64,000 nt of DNA from Bdellovibrionota bacterium. Lineage in GTDB: Bacteria; Bdellovibrionota_C; UBA2361; CALJRW01. Both the position numbers and the translations under genes were made by a program. The stretch spans positions 1 through 64,000 of the forward strand of contig JBGSMD010000061.1 in assembly GCA_041740355.1 (NCBI GenBank). The letters are read 5' to 3'. Below the pieces are notes generated by a model. The model was given only the letters and a program-made list of their open reading frames with translations. It had not been told where the DNA came from and did no database searches. This document shows positions 9,655-18,782 of this stretch, one piece after another; within the stretch, counting starts at the first letter, position 1; each line of letters starts with the position of its first letter.

Positions 9655-10563
9655 CTACCAGATTTGTAGCTCTGTTTCCAGGATAATCCCCTCTTTCCGG
9701 ATTACTTCAGCTCTGATCATCTCGATCAGTGCTCTTACTTCTTGTGCAAGGGCATCTTTGGAAGGATTTACTATCCAATTTGCATGTAAATCAGAGACCA
9801 AGGCATTCCCTAAGGCCCTTCCTTTAAAGCCAGCTTTCTCAATAACTTCTCCAGCATAGGCTTTTGGTGGGTTCTTAAAAATGGAGCCAGCCGAGGCTAG
9901 GGTTAAAGGTTGCGTTGCTTTTCTATAAGTCAGATGCTTTTGTTGTTCCGCAAAAATTGATTCAGAGTCGCCTGGAGTTAACTTAATTGTAGCTGAAACT
10001 ATAATCGAATCAGAAGGTAAGGAAATCTGTCGATAGGCAAAGTTTAAAGTGTCTGCTGGCACAGTATGTAAGACTGCATGGGCATCATAATAAGTTATTG
10101 TTTGCAAGATTTGGCAGATTTCACCAAGATGCGCTCCCGCGTTCATGCGGATAGCACCACCAAAAGTTGCTGGAATTCCACCAGCAAACTCTAAACCAGA
10201 ATATCCTAATTTTGATACCTCACGAGATAAAACCATCAGCGGCATACTTGCGCCTACCTCAAAGGTATCATTTGATGTTTGACGATAATATCGAAAACTT
10301 CGTCCCATTCTTATTACAGGCTGCTCCATGCCCTGATCGGGTATGAGTACATTACTGCCAGCACCAATAACTTTAAACCCTAAAGCATATTCTTTAATCA
10401 AAGACAAAGTAATACCAAGTTCGTCCAGTGTATTAGGTTCTAATAAAAGAGCGAGATCCCCTCCTATTGAAAAAGTAGTTAACTTTTTCCCAGAAACATT
10501 TAATTGGAAAACACATTCAGACATTTTCTGAAGATCTGTCAGCAACGACTTTGAATCATGCAT
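9655..10563 (-). CDS. murB: UDP-N-acetylenolpyruvoylglucosamine reductase
   Basis: GAGSNVL, GLEFAGGIPATFGGAIRMNAGA, SAGSIFKNP, HANWIVN motifs. Confidence 0.96.
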   Translation of the reverse strand: MHDSKSLLTDLQKMSECVFQLNVSGKKLTTFSIGGDLALLLEPNTLDELGITLSLIKEYALGFKVIGAGSNVLIPDQGMEQPVIRMGRSFRYYRQTSNDTFEVGASMPLMVLSREVSKLGYSGLEFAGGIPATFGGAIRMNAGAHLGEICQILQTITYYDAHAVLHTVPADTLNFAYRQISLPSDSIIVSATIKLTPGDSESIFAEQQKHLTYRKATQPLTLASAGSIFKNPPKAYAGEVIEKAGFKGRALGNALVSDLHANWIVNPSKDALAQEVRALIEMIRAEVIRKEGIILETELQIW

Positions 10564-11923
10564 GTCTAGGAACTATATTTTTAGCAAAATTACCGATTGA
10601 GCCTGCACCCATACAAACTAATACATCGCCCGAACGAAATTCGGTTTTAAGACTTTCATAACAGTCATCTAACGTTCCAGCATAAGAGCAATTTTGATGC
10701 GCAATACTTTGCGCGAGATTTTCTGCATTAATTTGTTCGATTTCTAATTCTCCTGCCGAGTAAATATCTGAGATCATTACGTGATCACAATTCTCAAAAC
10801 AGTTTTGAAATTCGTCCCAACATTCAGCAGTCCTTGAATAACGATGCGGCTGAAAAATAACATGTACACGTCCTGCTAAGTGATAGGCCTCACTAATGGC
10901 ACTTAATGTTGCTTTGATTTCTGTCGGATGGTGTGCATAATCATTAATAATTGTGACTCCGTCCTGACAGGCAACAATTTCCGATCTCCTTGAAACTCCT
11001 TGAAAACTAGATAAGGCATCTTTAATCGTGCCTAAGCTAATCCCAAACTCCATTGCTACGGCAAAAACACTGAGACAATTTAACATGAAGTGACGACCTA
11101 CTAGGGGAATTTGATAAATGCCAAGACTCTCATCTTCTTTGAAAACTTCGAATTCTGTACCTTGTGGCGAAACCTTAAGGCACTTAGCACGAAGCGTTGC
11201 TTTGGCACTTAGACCATACGAAATTTTACGACAATTTAGTTGATCATAAATCTTACTAACTCGTGGGTCATCAACACACATTACTGCCAGTCCGTAAAAG
11301 GGGACCGATTTAACGAACTGAGCAAAAGCTTTTTCAATCTCTTCTACTGTTCCGTAAGTGCTAAGATGCTCTTTATCAATATTTGTTACAACGGCAATCG
11401 TTGGTTTTAAATGCAAGAAACTTTTATCTGATTCATCGGCTTCCGCGACTAAAAAATCGCCCTTTCCTAATTTGCCTGTACTATTATATTTATGAACAAT
11501 GCCACCTATAATAACAGTTGGATCAAATTTTGCTTCTTCCATCACAGCGGAAATTAAACTGGAGGTTGATGTTTTGCCATGCGCACCGGCAATAGCCACG
11601 CCGTATTTAAAACGCATTAACTCAGCCAAAACTTCTGCTCGTGAAAGAATTGGAATTAATCTGTTTTTAGCTTCCACCATTTCGGGATTAGTAGTTGCGA
11701 TTGCCGAGGAATAAACAATTAATGAGATATTATCTGCTAAATTATCGGCATCATGCCCTGTATATATTTTTGCACCTAACTCAGCTAATCTTTTACAAGC
11801 AGTACTGAAATTAAGATCAGATCCACTAATTTGGAATCCTTGGTTTAGCAGGACTTCCGCGATTCCGGACATTCCCGCCCCGCCAATACCTATGAAATGA
11901 AAGTGTAATTTAGGGTTATACAT
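10556..11923 (-). CDS. murC: UDP-N-acetylmuramate--L-alanine ligase
   Basis: HFIGIGGAGMSGIA, GAHGKTSTS, EADESD, DYAHHPTEI, FQPHRYSRT. Confidence 0.97.
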   Translation of the reverse strand: MYNPKLHFHFIGIGGAGMSGIAEVLLNQGFQISGSDLNFSTACKRLAELGAKIYTGHDADNLADNISLIVYSSAIATTNPEMVEAKNRLIPILSRAEVLAELMRFKYGVAIAGAHGKTSTSSLISAVMEEAKFDPTVIIGGIVHKYNSTGKLGKGDFLVAEADESDKSFLHLKPTIAVVTNIDKEHLSTYGTVEEIEKAFAQFVKSVPFYGLAVMCVDDPRVSKIYDQLNCRKISYGLSAKATLRAKCLKVSPQGTEFEVFKEDESLGIYQIPLVGRHFMLNCLSVFAVAMEFGISLGTIKDALSSFQGVSRRSEIVACQDGVTIINDYAHHPTEIKATLSAISEAYHLAGRVHVIFQPHRYSRTAECWDEFQNCFENCDHVMISDIYSAGELEIEQINAENLAQSIAHQNCSYAGTLDDCYESLKTEFRSGDVLVCMGAGSIGNFAKNIVPRHA

Positions 11924-11946
11924 TAAGAAAGATTTGTAATAAGTAT

Positions 11947-12090
11947 TAAACCTACGTGCCTTCCTTTTGAATAAAAAGACGGCCGGTAGGTAAGCAAAAT
12001 AATGGGGGCACCATTTTTTGCTGTAAAAAAGTAATTAAACCAACCTTTTATTAAATTTGTAATTTCAAAAATGATAAGCAGAGGTTTTTA
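11947..12090. repeat. MITE-like element family 1, copy 3 (inverted)
   Basis: GCAAAATAATGG-GGGCA-CCATTTTTTGC...TTTCAAAAATGATAAGCAGAGGTTTTTA is the reverse complement of copies 1 and 2. Confidence 0.7.
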
Positions 12091-12242
12091 AATCGCAGTA
12101 ATAGTAAGAATTATAGCTTCGTAACTATTTGCGAAGCACTATCAAGTAGCATAGATATGTACTGATATCAAAAAATTACTGCTTATTGTATCATTTTGCT
12201 ATATTTGGAGCCTATATTTTCTTGAGTAACTTGAGTTCAATT

Positions 12243-12929
12243 ATGTCTGAGTTTGAAAAAACATACCTTTATAAACCAACAGTTGGATCTAGCCATACTT
12301 GGGCCTTGGGGCAATTACAGAATTTACCGGCCAATTCAAAAATCCTTGATTTCGGAGCTGGTTCTGGAATTATTGGAAAAAAACTTCAAGAATTTGGTCA
12401 ATCAGAGCTTTATGCAGTTGATTTAGACCTAGAGCGAAGACTGGCTTTAAATAAAATTTATCTTAAATGTACTTCAACCTTGGAAGAGCTAGAGGAAAGT
12501 AACTTTGATTGCATTATCTTACTAGACATCCTGGAACATTTAACAAATCCCTTTGAGTTTTTACAAGAACTTATCTCACATTTAAATCCCAGTGGAATCA
12601 TTCTAATTTCTGTTCCCAATATTACACATTGGAGTATGCGTCTTGGATTATTATTCGGATTTTTTGAGTATACTGAACGTGGACTGCTCGACAAAACACA
12701 TTATAATTTTTTCAATAAAAAAAGAGCAATTGCCCTTGCTAAATCTTCTCAACTTTTAGAGTTCATATCATATAATGCTAGCGTATCACCAGCAGAATTT
12801 GTATTACCCGAATTTCTAACACAATCATCGTTCTATCAGTTCTTAGATAAATTAAGATTAAATTTAGCAAATCTGTATCCTAGCCTCTTTGCTTATCAAC
12901 ATCTTATCAAAGTTCAGAAAAAAAGATGA
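12243..12929 (+). CDS. Class I SAM-dependent methyltransferase (cell-surface polysaccharide-associated type)
   Basis: ILDFGAGSG motif I, LLDILEHL, ISVPN, GLLDKTH; ATG at 12243 preferred. Confidence 0.85.
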   Translation: MSEFEKTYLYKPTVGSSHTWALGQLQNLPANSKILDFGAGSGIIGKKLQEFGQSELYAVDLDLERRLALNKIYLKCTSTLEELEESNFDCIILLDILEHLTNPFEFLQELISHLNPSGIILISVPNITHWSMRLGLLFGFFEYTERGLLDKTHYNFFNKKRAIALAKSSQLLEFISYNASVSPAEFVLPEFLTQSSFYQFLDKLRLNLANLYPSLFAYQHLIKVQKKR

Positions 12930-13708
12930 GAATAATTTCTTGGAATGTAAATGGCTTGCGTGCAGTTTATCGAAAAAACTTTCTAGAATTTCTTCAATCA
13001 CATCAGCCGGATATCATACTGCTCCAAGAAGTCAAAGCTTGGCCCGAGCAACTAAGTCCTGAGGAGTTATCTCCCCTTAATTATTATTCAACTTTTTCCT
13101 CCGCACAAAAGAAAGGATACTCTGGTGTTGCGATCTATTATCGTAAAGATTTACCACTAGAAATAATTTCCAAAGGAATTAATATTCCAGAATATGATGG
13201 GGAAGGTCGTTTTCTAATAGCTAAAATTAACGATATTATAATTTACAATATTTACTTTCCCTCAGGAACAACAGGAGATATTCGACAAACTTTTAAAGAA
13301 GCATTTCTAAAAGCCATCACAAAACATATCCAAGAAGAGATTAAAGATTCCACAAAAAAAATTATCATTGGAGGAGATTTTAATATCTGCCATCAAGAAA
13401 TTGATATTCATCACCCCAAACAAGCTACCAAACTCGAATTATCAGGCTTTTTACCCCAAGAACGTAAATGGTTTAGTGATTTTTTAGATTTAAATTTTTG
13501 TGATAGCTTTAGATCTATTCAAGGAGCCGTAACAAATAGATACTCTTGGTGGAGTTATCGGGCCGGAGCCCGGAAAAAGAATTTAGGTTGGAGGATTGAT
13601 TATCTCTTACTTAGCCGTAACTTAGAAGATCAGATTGTAAGTGCTGATATCTTAAGTGATTGTTTAGGATCAGATCATGCTCCCATAGTTTTAGATTTGA
13701 AATTCTGA
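12926..13708 (+). CDS. xth: Exodeoxyribonuclease III / AP endonuclease
   Basis: ISWNVNGLRA, LQEVK, GDFNICH, YSWWSYR, GWRIDY, SDHAP. Confidence 0.95.
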   Translation: MRIISWNVNGLRAVYRKNFLEFLQSHQPDIILLQEVKAWPEQLSPEELSPLNYYSTFSSAQKKGYSGVAIYYRKDLPLEIISKGINIPEYDGEGRFLIAKINDIIIYNIYFPSGTTGDIRQTFKEAFLKAITKHIQEEIKDSTKKIIIGGDFNICHQEIDIHHPKQATKLELSGFLPQERKWFSDFLDLNFCDSFRSIQGAVTNRYSWWSYRAGARKKNLGWRIDYLLLSRNLEDQIVSADILSDCLGSDHAPIVLDLKF

Positions 13709-14772
13709 TGTATTTAAAAATAATTAATAAGAGTTATACTTTATCAGAAATTGCATCTGCTGTTAATGGCCAAGTTTATGGCGATGACAAAGTTCAAACT
13801 ATCGGGTTATGCCCTTTGACTTCACCGACAAAGCAAATGTTATGTTTTAGCAAAGGTGTTAGTATTAAAAAATTAGAAGAAGATATTCCGACGGAAAGCG
13901 TTTCGGCAATTTTTATTTCGAGTCAGATTAAACTAGAAGGGAAATTAGTTCACAACTATCTCTTAGTGGAAGATCCCCAATTGGCATTTATGAATTGTAC
14001 TGAATTATTTTTTGAAAAAATTGCTAGCACAGGACAAATTGCCAGTAGTGCCATAATTTCTCCCACGGCCAAGCTGGGAAATAATGTTCAAATTTCTGAG
14101 CATGTGATAATTGGAGATAATGCTGAGATTGGAGAGAACACCGTAATTCACCCAAATTCTACTATTTACCATAACGTCAAGATAGGTCACAGCTGCTTGA
14201 TTCATAGCAACGTAGTTATTCGAGAGTACTGCGAATTGGGTAATAAAATTATTATTCAAAATGGAACGATTGTTGGAGCCGATGGTTTTGGTTATCTTCC
14301 GACAGCGACAGGACTGCGCAATGTACCTCAACTCGGGAATGTAATTATTGAAGATTTTGTTGATATTGGTGCCTGTAGCTGTATAGATCGAGCGACGTCT
14401 GGTTCCACACGAATTGGTTTTTCAACTAAGATTGATAATCAGGTACAAATTGGTCATAACGTACAAATTGGAAAATTCTGCATCATCTGTGGTCAAACTG
14501 GAATTGCCGGAAGTTGTGAAATTGGCGATCAGGTTGTACTTGGTGGAAATGTAAAAATCAAAGATCACATTATCATCCCTAGCAATACTCGCCTCGGTGG
14601 AAACAGCATGGTTAACCAACAAATCCGAGAAGCTGGTGATTACTCCGGATACCCTGCAGTTCCTGCAAAAACTTGGACGAGAAACTCAGCAACCCTAAAA
14701 GATCTAGCGCAAACTATTAAAGAAATTCGCGATGAGATTAGTCTGCTGAAAAAAACTAATCTCGATAAATAA
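13708..14772 (+). CDS. lpxD: UDP-3-O-acyl-glucosamine N-acyltransferase
   Basis: Hexapeptide repeats, GADGFG, IDRA, KIDNQVQIGHN; ATG overlaps the xth stop (TGATG). Confidence 0.95.
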   Translation: MYLKIINKSYTLSEIASAVNGQVYGDDKVQTIGLCPLTSPTKQMLCFSKGVSIKKLEEDIPTESVSAIFISSQIKLEGKLVHNYLLVEDPQLAFMNCTELFFEKIASTGQIASSAIISPTAKLGNNVQISEHVIIGDNAEIGENTVIHPNSTIYHNVKIGHSCLIHSNVVIREYCELGNKIIIQNGTIVGADGFGYLPTATGLRNVPQLGNVIIEDFVDIGACSCIDRATSGSTRIGFSTKIDNQVQIGHNVQIGKFCIICGQTGIAGSCEIGDQVVLGGNVKIKDHIIIPSNTRLGGNSMVNQQIREAGDYSGYPAVPAKTWTRNSATLKDLAQTIKEIRDEISLLKKTNLDK

Positions 14773-14819
14773 AATTTAATATCTGCTCTATAATCATTTA
14801 TAATTTGAGTGGAGACTCG

Positions 14820-14890
14820 TTCTCCCCTTTTGGGACGCTGAGCATTATAAATTGTAAATAGAATATCTAGTGCGACCCAAAAGGGGAGAA
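14820..14890. repeat. Palindromic element family 2, copy 2
   Basis: TTCTCCCCTTTTGGG...CCCAAAAGGGGAGAA directly abutting the TAA stop of 14891-15601, between convergent genes. Confidence 0.8.
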
Positions 14891-15601
14891 TTATGATTTC
14901 TTCTCGGCTGATTCCAGGCGCTTCTTAGCCTGAGTCACAATTGCTCCGGGAATATTCTTAGAGCGAGCAATTTTTTTCAGGTCACTAACGTTGATATACC
15001 TTAACCATTTAGTGGCAACATCTAAGGGTGTTTTTGGATTTGAAACAAGCGTAATTTTCATTTCATAGGCACTCATCCACTGGCGATTATCGCCAATTGT
15101 GCGTAAAACAGCTTTGGACATATTAGTATTTTTGGCAAAATCAGTAACTTCTTTATCTTGTAATTTTGGGTTCTTGAGAACGCTCATTTGCACTAAACGA
15201 TTACCATTTGTAATTAATACTGCACGGCATGCTGCATTACCAAACATACCCATCTTTACTTTTTGCGGTAACTTCATTTTACTAATCAAAACTCGAATAT
15301 CCGTAGAAACCTCTTCTTCTGTTTCTTTCAGTAATTTTTCAGGGATTTTTTCCGATTCATCTTGAGAGTAATTGAGAATTTCGTTTAATTCAGCTTCATC
15401 AAGATTTCCAAAACCACGAAGAGAGTTCATAAAATCGGACATCAACTGAAAAGATGGATCTTTAGGTTTTGCTGGTAAAACTTCCACACTTTCATCGGCA
15501 CCAAGGAAATCACCCATTTCTTGTAAATCAGCTTCTTCCATCCCTTCTAACTGCTGTAGAGATTTAAAAAACGCCTTTAGCTCATCTATTTTATCGCTCA
15601 T
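14891..15601 (-). CDS. Conserved hypothetical helical protein (LRV-like family seen in deltaproteobacteria)
   Basis: QKVKMGMFGN..R..LI...NRLV..SVLKNPK, LVSNPKTP, DLKKIARSKNIP pattern; acidic N-terminus. Confidence 0.75.
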   Translation of the reverse strand: MSDKIDELKAFFKSLQQLEGMEEADLQEMGDFLGADESVEVLPAKPKDPSFQLMSDFMNSLRGFGNLDEAELNEILNYSQDESEKIPEKLLKETEEEVSTDIRVLISKMKLPQKVKMGMFGNAACRAVLITNGNRLVQMSVLKNPKLQDKEVTDFAKNTNMSKAVLRTIGDNRQWMSAYEMKITLVSNPKTPLDVATKWLRYINVSDLKKIARSKNIPGAIVTQAKKRLESAEKKS

Positions 15602-15728
15602 TTAAACCCTCTGATAATCATTATTTTAAATACATAGTAAACCTAGAATGAATTTCCAAAAAACATAATTCAAAATTCCTGTTAGTTTGACAATCTTTGT
15701 TGTTTTAGGCATTCAAACCTGTTTAATT

Positions 15729-15780
15729 GTCCGCCGACTTGTCCCCCAAAGCCTGAGCTTAAAGGGAAGCGAAGAGGGAA
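15729..15780. repeat. REP-like imperfect palindrome
   Basis: GTCCGCCGACTTGTCCCCCAAAGCC...GCGAAGAGGGA; shares CTTGTCCCCCA.AGCC with 56987. Confidence 0.55.
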
Positions 15781-15849
15781 AACCAGGATTTAAAAATCAA
15801 TATTTAAAAGCTAAAGGCCGAGCCTCTAAAAATAATTTCCTTCAGAGAA

Positions 15850-15980
15850 ATCCTTTTTAGACTTACTATAACAAATATATTAAAGGAGGGGCGGTATTTT
15901 TTCTTTGGCAAAAAATGGCTTTTCTATTAACTCGCCCAGCATCATTCATTATTTTTCAAAACTAAATTACGGTGGGTTTA
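15850..15980. repeat. MITE-like element family 1, degenerate copy 4 overlapping the coaX 3' end
   Basis: TAAAGGAGGG.CGGTATTTTTTC...GGCAAAAAATGG...CGCCC...GGGTTTA; a left-end-like TAAACCCTCTGATAATCA lies at 15603. Confidence 0.5.
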
Positions 15981-16750
15981 TTAAGATCACCTAGAATTTT
16001 AATGCCCTTAAGAGTTAAATTTGGATCAACAATAGAGGGGTGCAAAATCTCTTCCGCAAATAAAGCACCTAGCCCACCCGTCACTATAATTCTGGAATTC
16101 TGCTCAGCATCTTTTTTTAAAAATCTTGTAATTAATCCTTCGATCATAGAACTCCAACCATAATATATCCCCGACTGAATTGCCTCTTTGGTAAACTGAC
16201 CAATCAGATGTTCTGGTCGAGATAGATCAATTTCAGGTAAATGCGGACAGTAAGTACGAAGTGCTGAAATTCCAGTAATTGGGCCCGGTGTAATTGCCCC
16301 TCCTTGAAATTCACCTCTTTGGTTAAGATAGTCTACGGTAATAGCTGTCCCTATATCAACTATAATTACCGGTCCGTGATATTCCGCTTGTGCTGCTACG
16401 GCATTAGCAATCCGATCAATTCCTAAAGTCTGAGGATTTTCTACCATCAAATCGATATTCTTATTACTTTGCCAACTAAGAAACTGCGGTTCTATCTTAA
16501 AATATTTTTTTAAAACTAAGTTTAAATTATCATTTACTTTTTGGTTAACACTAGCAATCACAAGGCGGTCAGGCGCATAATCTTGATCTAAATTATAATA
16601 GAGTTTGTCGCGTAAACTCTCTGAGATTTCCTGCTCAACCTTTTCCTGGTCGAGAAAATGTTCTGAGTTAATATGAAAGATTGCTTTTAAATTTTTATTC
16701 TCAAATAACCCAAAGCTAGCCCGGCTTGTTCCGATATCAGCTACTAACAT
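15962..16750 (-). CDS. coaX: Type III pantothenate kinase
   Basis: LVADIGTS, LGIDRIANA, IVDIGTAITVD, GGAITPG, TGG motifs. Confidence 0.93.
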   Translation of the reverse strand: MLVADIGTSRASFGLFENKNLKAIFHINSEHFLDQEKVEQEISESLRDKLYYNLDQDYAPDRLVIASVNQKVNDNLNLVLKKYFKIEPQFLSWQSNKNIDLMVENPQTLGIDRIANAVAAQAEYHGPVIIVDIGTAITVDYLNQRGEFQGGAITPGPITGISALRTYCPHLPEIDLSRPEHLIGQFTKEAIQSGIYYGWSSMIEGLITRFLKKDAEQNSRIIVTGGLGALFAEEILHPSIVDPNLTLKGIKILGDLNKPTVI

Positions 16751-17510
16751 ATCTAACCTTACTTATTTCTAATGAAGTAAAACTATATTCTTCATCATTA
16801 ATGTTTACTAAAATTCGACCTTGTTGATCCACACCACGATACTTGCCAAGTATTTTCTGTTGATTAAATAGCGCTTCAATTTCAGAATCAATCGGAAAAG
16901 AAAACTTGTTCCAACTACTTTGAAAAGCAGTAAAACCTTCTTCTTCAAAAACTTTTAAATATGATGGAAGTTTTAAAGCCAAACGACTAGCAAGATCACA
17001 AGGATGATAAGCTATTCCAATAGCTTCGTAAAGACTAGCACTATTAAGATTAGGAACCTTAGATTCTAAATTCATTCCAATACCAATCGACAAGAAATTA
17101 TTCTCTTGAAATTGAAATTGTTCTACTAAAATTCCAGCAATTTTTTGTCCATTCTTAGTCCAAAGATCATTTGGCCACTTAATCAAAACTCTACGTTGTG
17201 AATCATTGATCGACTCCAACAAAAGCAAGCCAACTACTAATGTAAAACAACTGTAATTAATATTTTTTTCGAGAGGCAAAACAAATGTAGCAGCGAGTGC
17301 TCCACTAGTTGTTTGCCACTCACTCCCTAACCTTCCCCTAGCGGATCTTTGGGCTTGAGCTAAGACTAAAAGATTAGTTTTAGATTTCTCTTTTAATAAT
17401 TCCTTGGCTTGACACATTGTAGAATCAATCCGATCGTAACACCGAATTTCCCAGTCAGCTTGACCAAGATTTATGTTTAATTCTTTTTCCCAAGAAACTA
17501 AGCTGTGCAC
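16737..17510 (-). CDS. birA: Biotin--protein ligase (no HTH domain)
   Basis: IDST, Q..ARGRLG..W, KWPND, KIAGIL, GIGMN; overlaps coaX. Confidence 0.9.
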   Translation of the reverse strand: MHSLVSWEKELNINLGQADWEIRCYDRIDSTMCQAKELLKEKSKTNLLVLAQAQRSARGRLGSEWQTTSGALAATFVLPLEKNINYSCFTLVVGLLLLESINDSQRRVLIKWPNDLWTKNGQKIAGILVEQFQFQENNFLSIGIGMNLESKVPNLNSASLYEAIGIAYHPCDLASRLALKLPSYLKVFEEEGFTAFQSSWNKFSFPIDSEIEALFNQQKILGKYRGVDQQGRILVNINDEEYSFTSLEISKVRYVSS

Positions 17511-17558
17511 TTTTAATACCTAATTGGTTTAATCAATAATATGATCAGCAAATTCAAT

Positions 17559-18626
17559 TTATACTTTACTGAGTAGCCAAGTATGAAAATACCGGAAAAG
17601 AACTCTCACAATTGCCGCACCAGGTACAGCTAGGAAAATCCCTAGCAATCCAAACAACTTACCACCAGCAAAAATAGCTATGATTACTGTGACGGGCGAA
17701 AGACCTGTTTTCTCACCAATTATTTTAGGTGTAATGAAAATACCTTCTAAAAACTGAACAACAGCAAATACTCCCCAGACATAAAATAGATGTTGAGTGT
17801 CACCAAAAGTGATTAAAGCCATGATACTGGCTAGGATGATACCAACTACGCTACCTAAGTATGGAATTAGATTACCAAAACCAGCGATCACCGCTAGTAA
17901 GAACCAGAGATCTACACCAACAAATCCAAGTCCTACTGCATATAAAATGAACAAACAAAAACAAATGATAATTTGTCCTCGAATAAATCCTGAAACAAAA
18001 GTATCAATCTCTCCTACAATTGCCTGAACATTTTTGCGTTGTTTCTGGGGAAATATTTTATAAAAGAGTACTGGGTAATCTTTGAAATTCATGGAAATAT
18101 AAAATATCATAAATGGCAAAAGGGCTAAGTTAACCAAAGCTAGCGTGATTGAATAACCCTGCAAGATCGTGCTTTTTACACGACTGATAACTTCTGGAAC
18201 AATATCTTTTGCTAAATTGGGCAAAGACTCAGTCGCTTTAGTTTGAATATCTGCCCCAAGCATCCCTAAGAGTTTTTGATACCAAGGATCGATCCTTTCA
18301 CGAGCAACTTCTAAATAGTGCGGAAAATTATCAATTAACTGAGAAAACTCTTTTTGTAGAACGGGAAAGACAGTAATAAAAAGTAAACCTAATAAAATTA
18401 GTCCTGTTCCAACGATAATAAAAAATCCGATTGGTCGAGAAATATTATGTTTTTCCAGCTTATTTAAAATTGGTTCGATTAGGTAGGCAGCAATGAAGGA
18501 GATCACTACAAGAATTACAATTTCTTGTAATTCACTGATGATCCAGATTAATAAAGTTGCTACCAATAAAACCAAGATCCAAAGTGGTGGTAACAAATTT
18601 TCTTTAATGTTTTTGGTTTGTGACAT
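17559..18626 (-). CDS. AI-2E family transporter
   Basis: AYLIEP, FIRGQ, LIPYLG, VQFLEG..ITPKIIG...GLSP, G.LFGLLGIFLAVP. Confidence 0.92.
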   Translation of the reverse strand: MSQTKNIKENLLPPLWILVLLVATLLIWIISELQEIVILVVISFIAAYLIEPILNKLEKHNISRPIGFFIIVGTGLILLGLLFITVFPVLQKEFSQLIDNFPHYLEVARERIDPWYQKLLGMLGADIQTKATESLPNLAKDIVPEVISRVKSTILQGYSITLALVNLALLPFMIFYISMNFKDYPVLFYKIFPQKQRKNVQAIVGEIDTFVSGFIRGQIIICFCLFILYAVGLGFVGVDLWFLLAVIAGFGNLIPYLGSVVGIILASIMALITFGDTQHLFYVWGVFAVVQFLEGIFITPKIIGEKTGLSPVTVIIAIFAGGKLFGLLGIFLAVPGAAIVRVLFRYFHTWLLSKV

Positions 18627-18727
18627 TGATAATTTATATTTAATGAAATATTTTTGTGTAAACAACCCGTCGTTGCCTAAAATATTCTAAAGAATATTTT
18701 AGTGCTATGACGCTACAAGCCCGTTGA

Positions 18728-18753
18728 TAGCCCTTCGACAAGCTCAGGGCTAT
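18728..18753. repeat. REP-like palindrome CCCTTCGACAAGCTCAGGG
   Basis: ATAGCCCTTCGACAAGCTCAGGGCTAT just after the dnaE stop. Confidence 0.65.
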
Positions 18754-18782
18754 AATTATTTGGGTATCTTATACCCAAATAA

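Noticed and set aside
13660-13707. N-terminal extensions in the ORF track (lpxD from 13660; also nuoJ from 50487, GT2 from 51839, methyltransferase from 12186)
   Set aside because: They overlap neighbours or lack family similarity; downstream ATGs fit better
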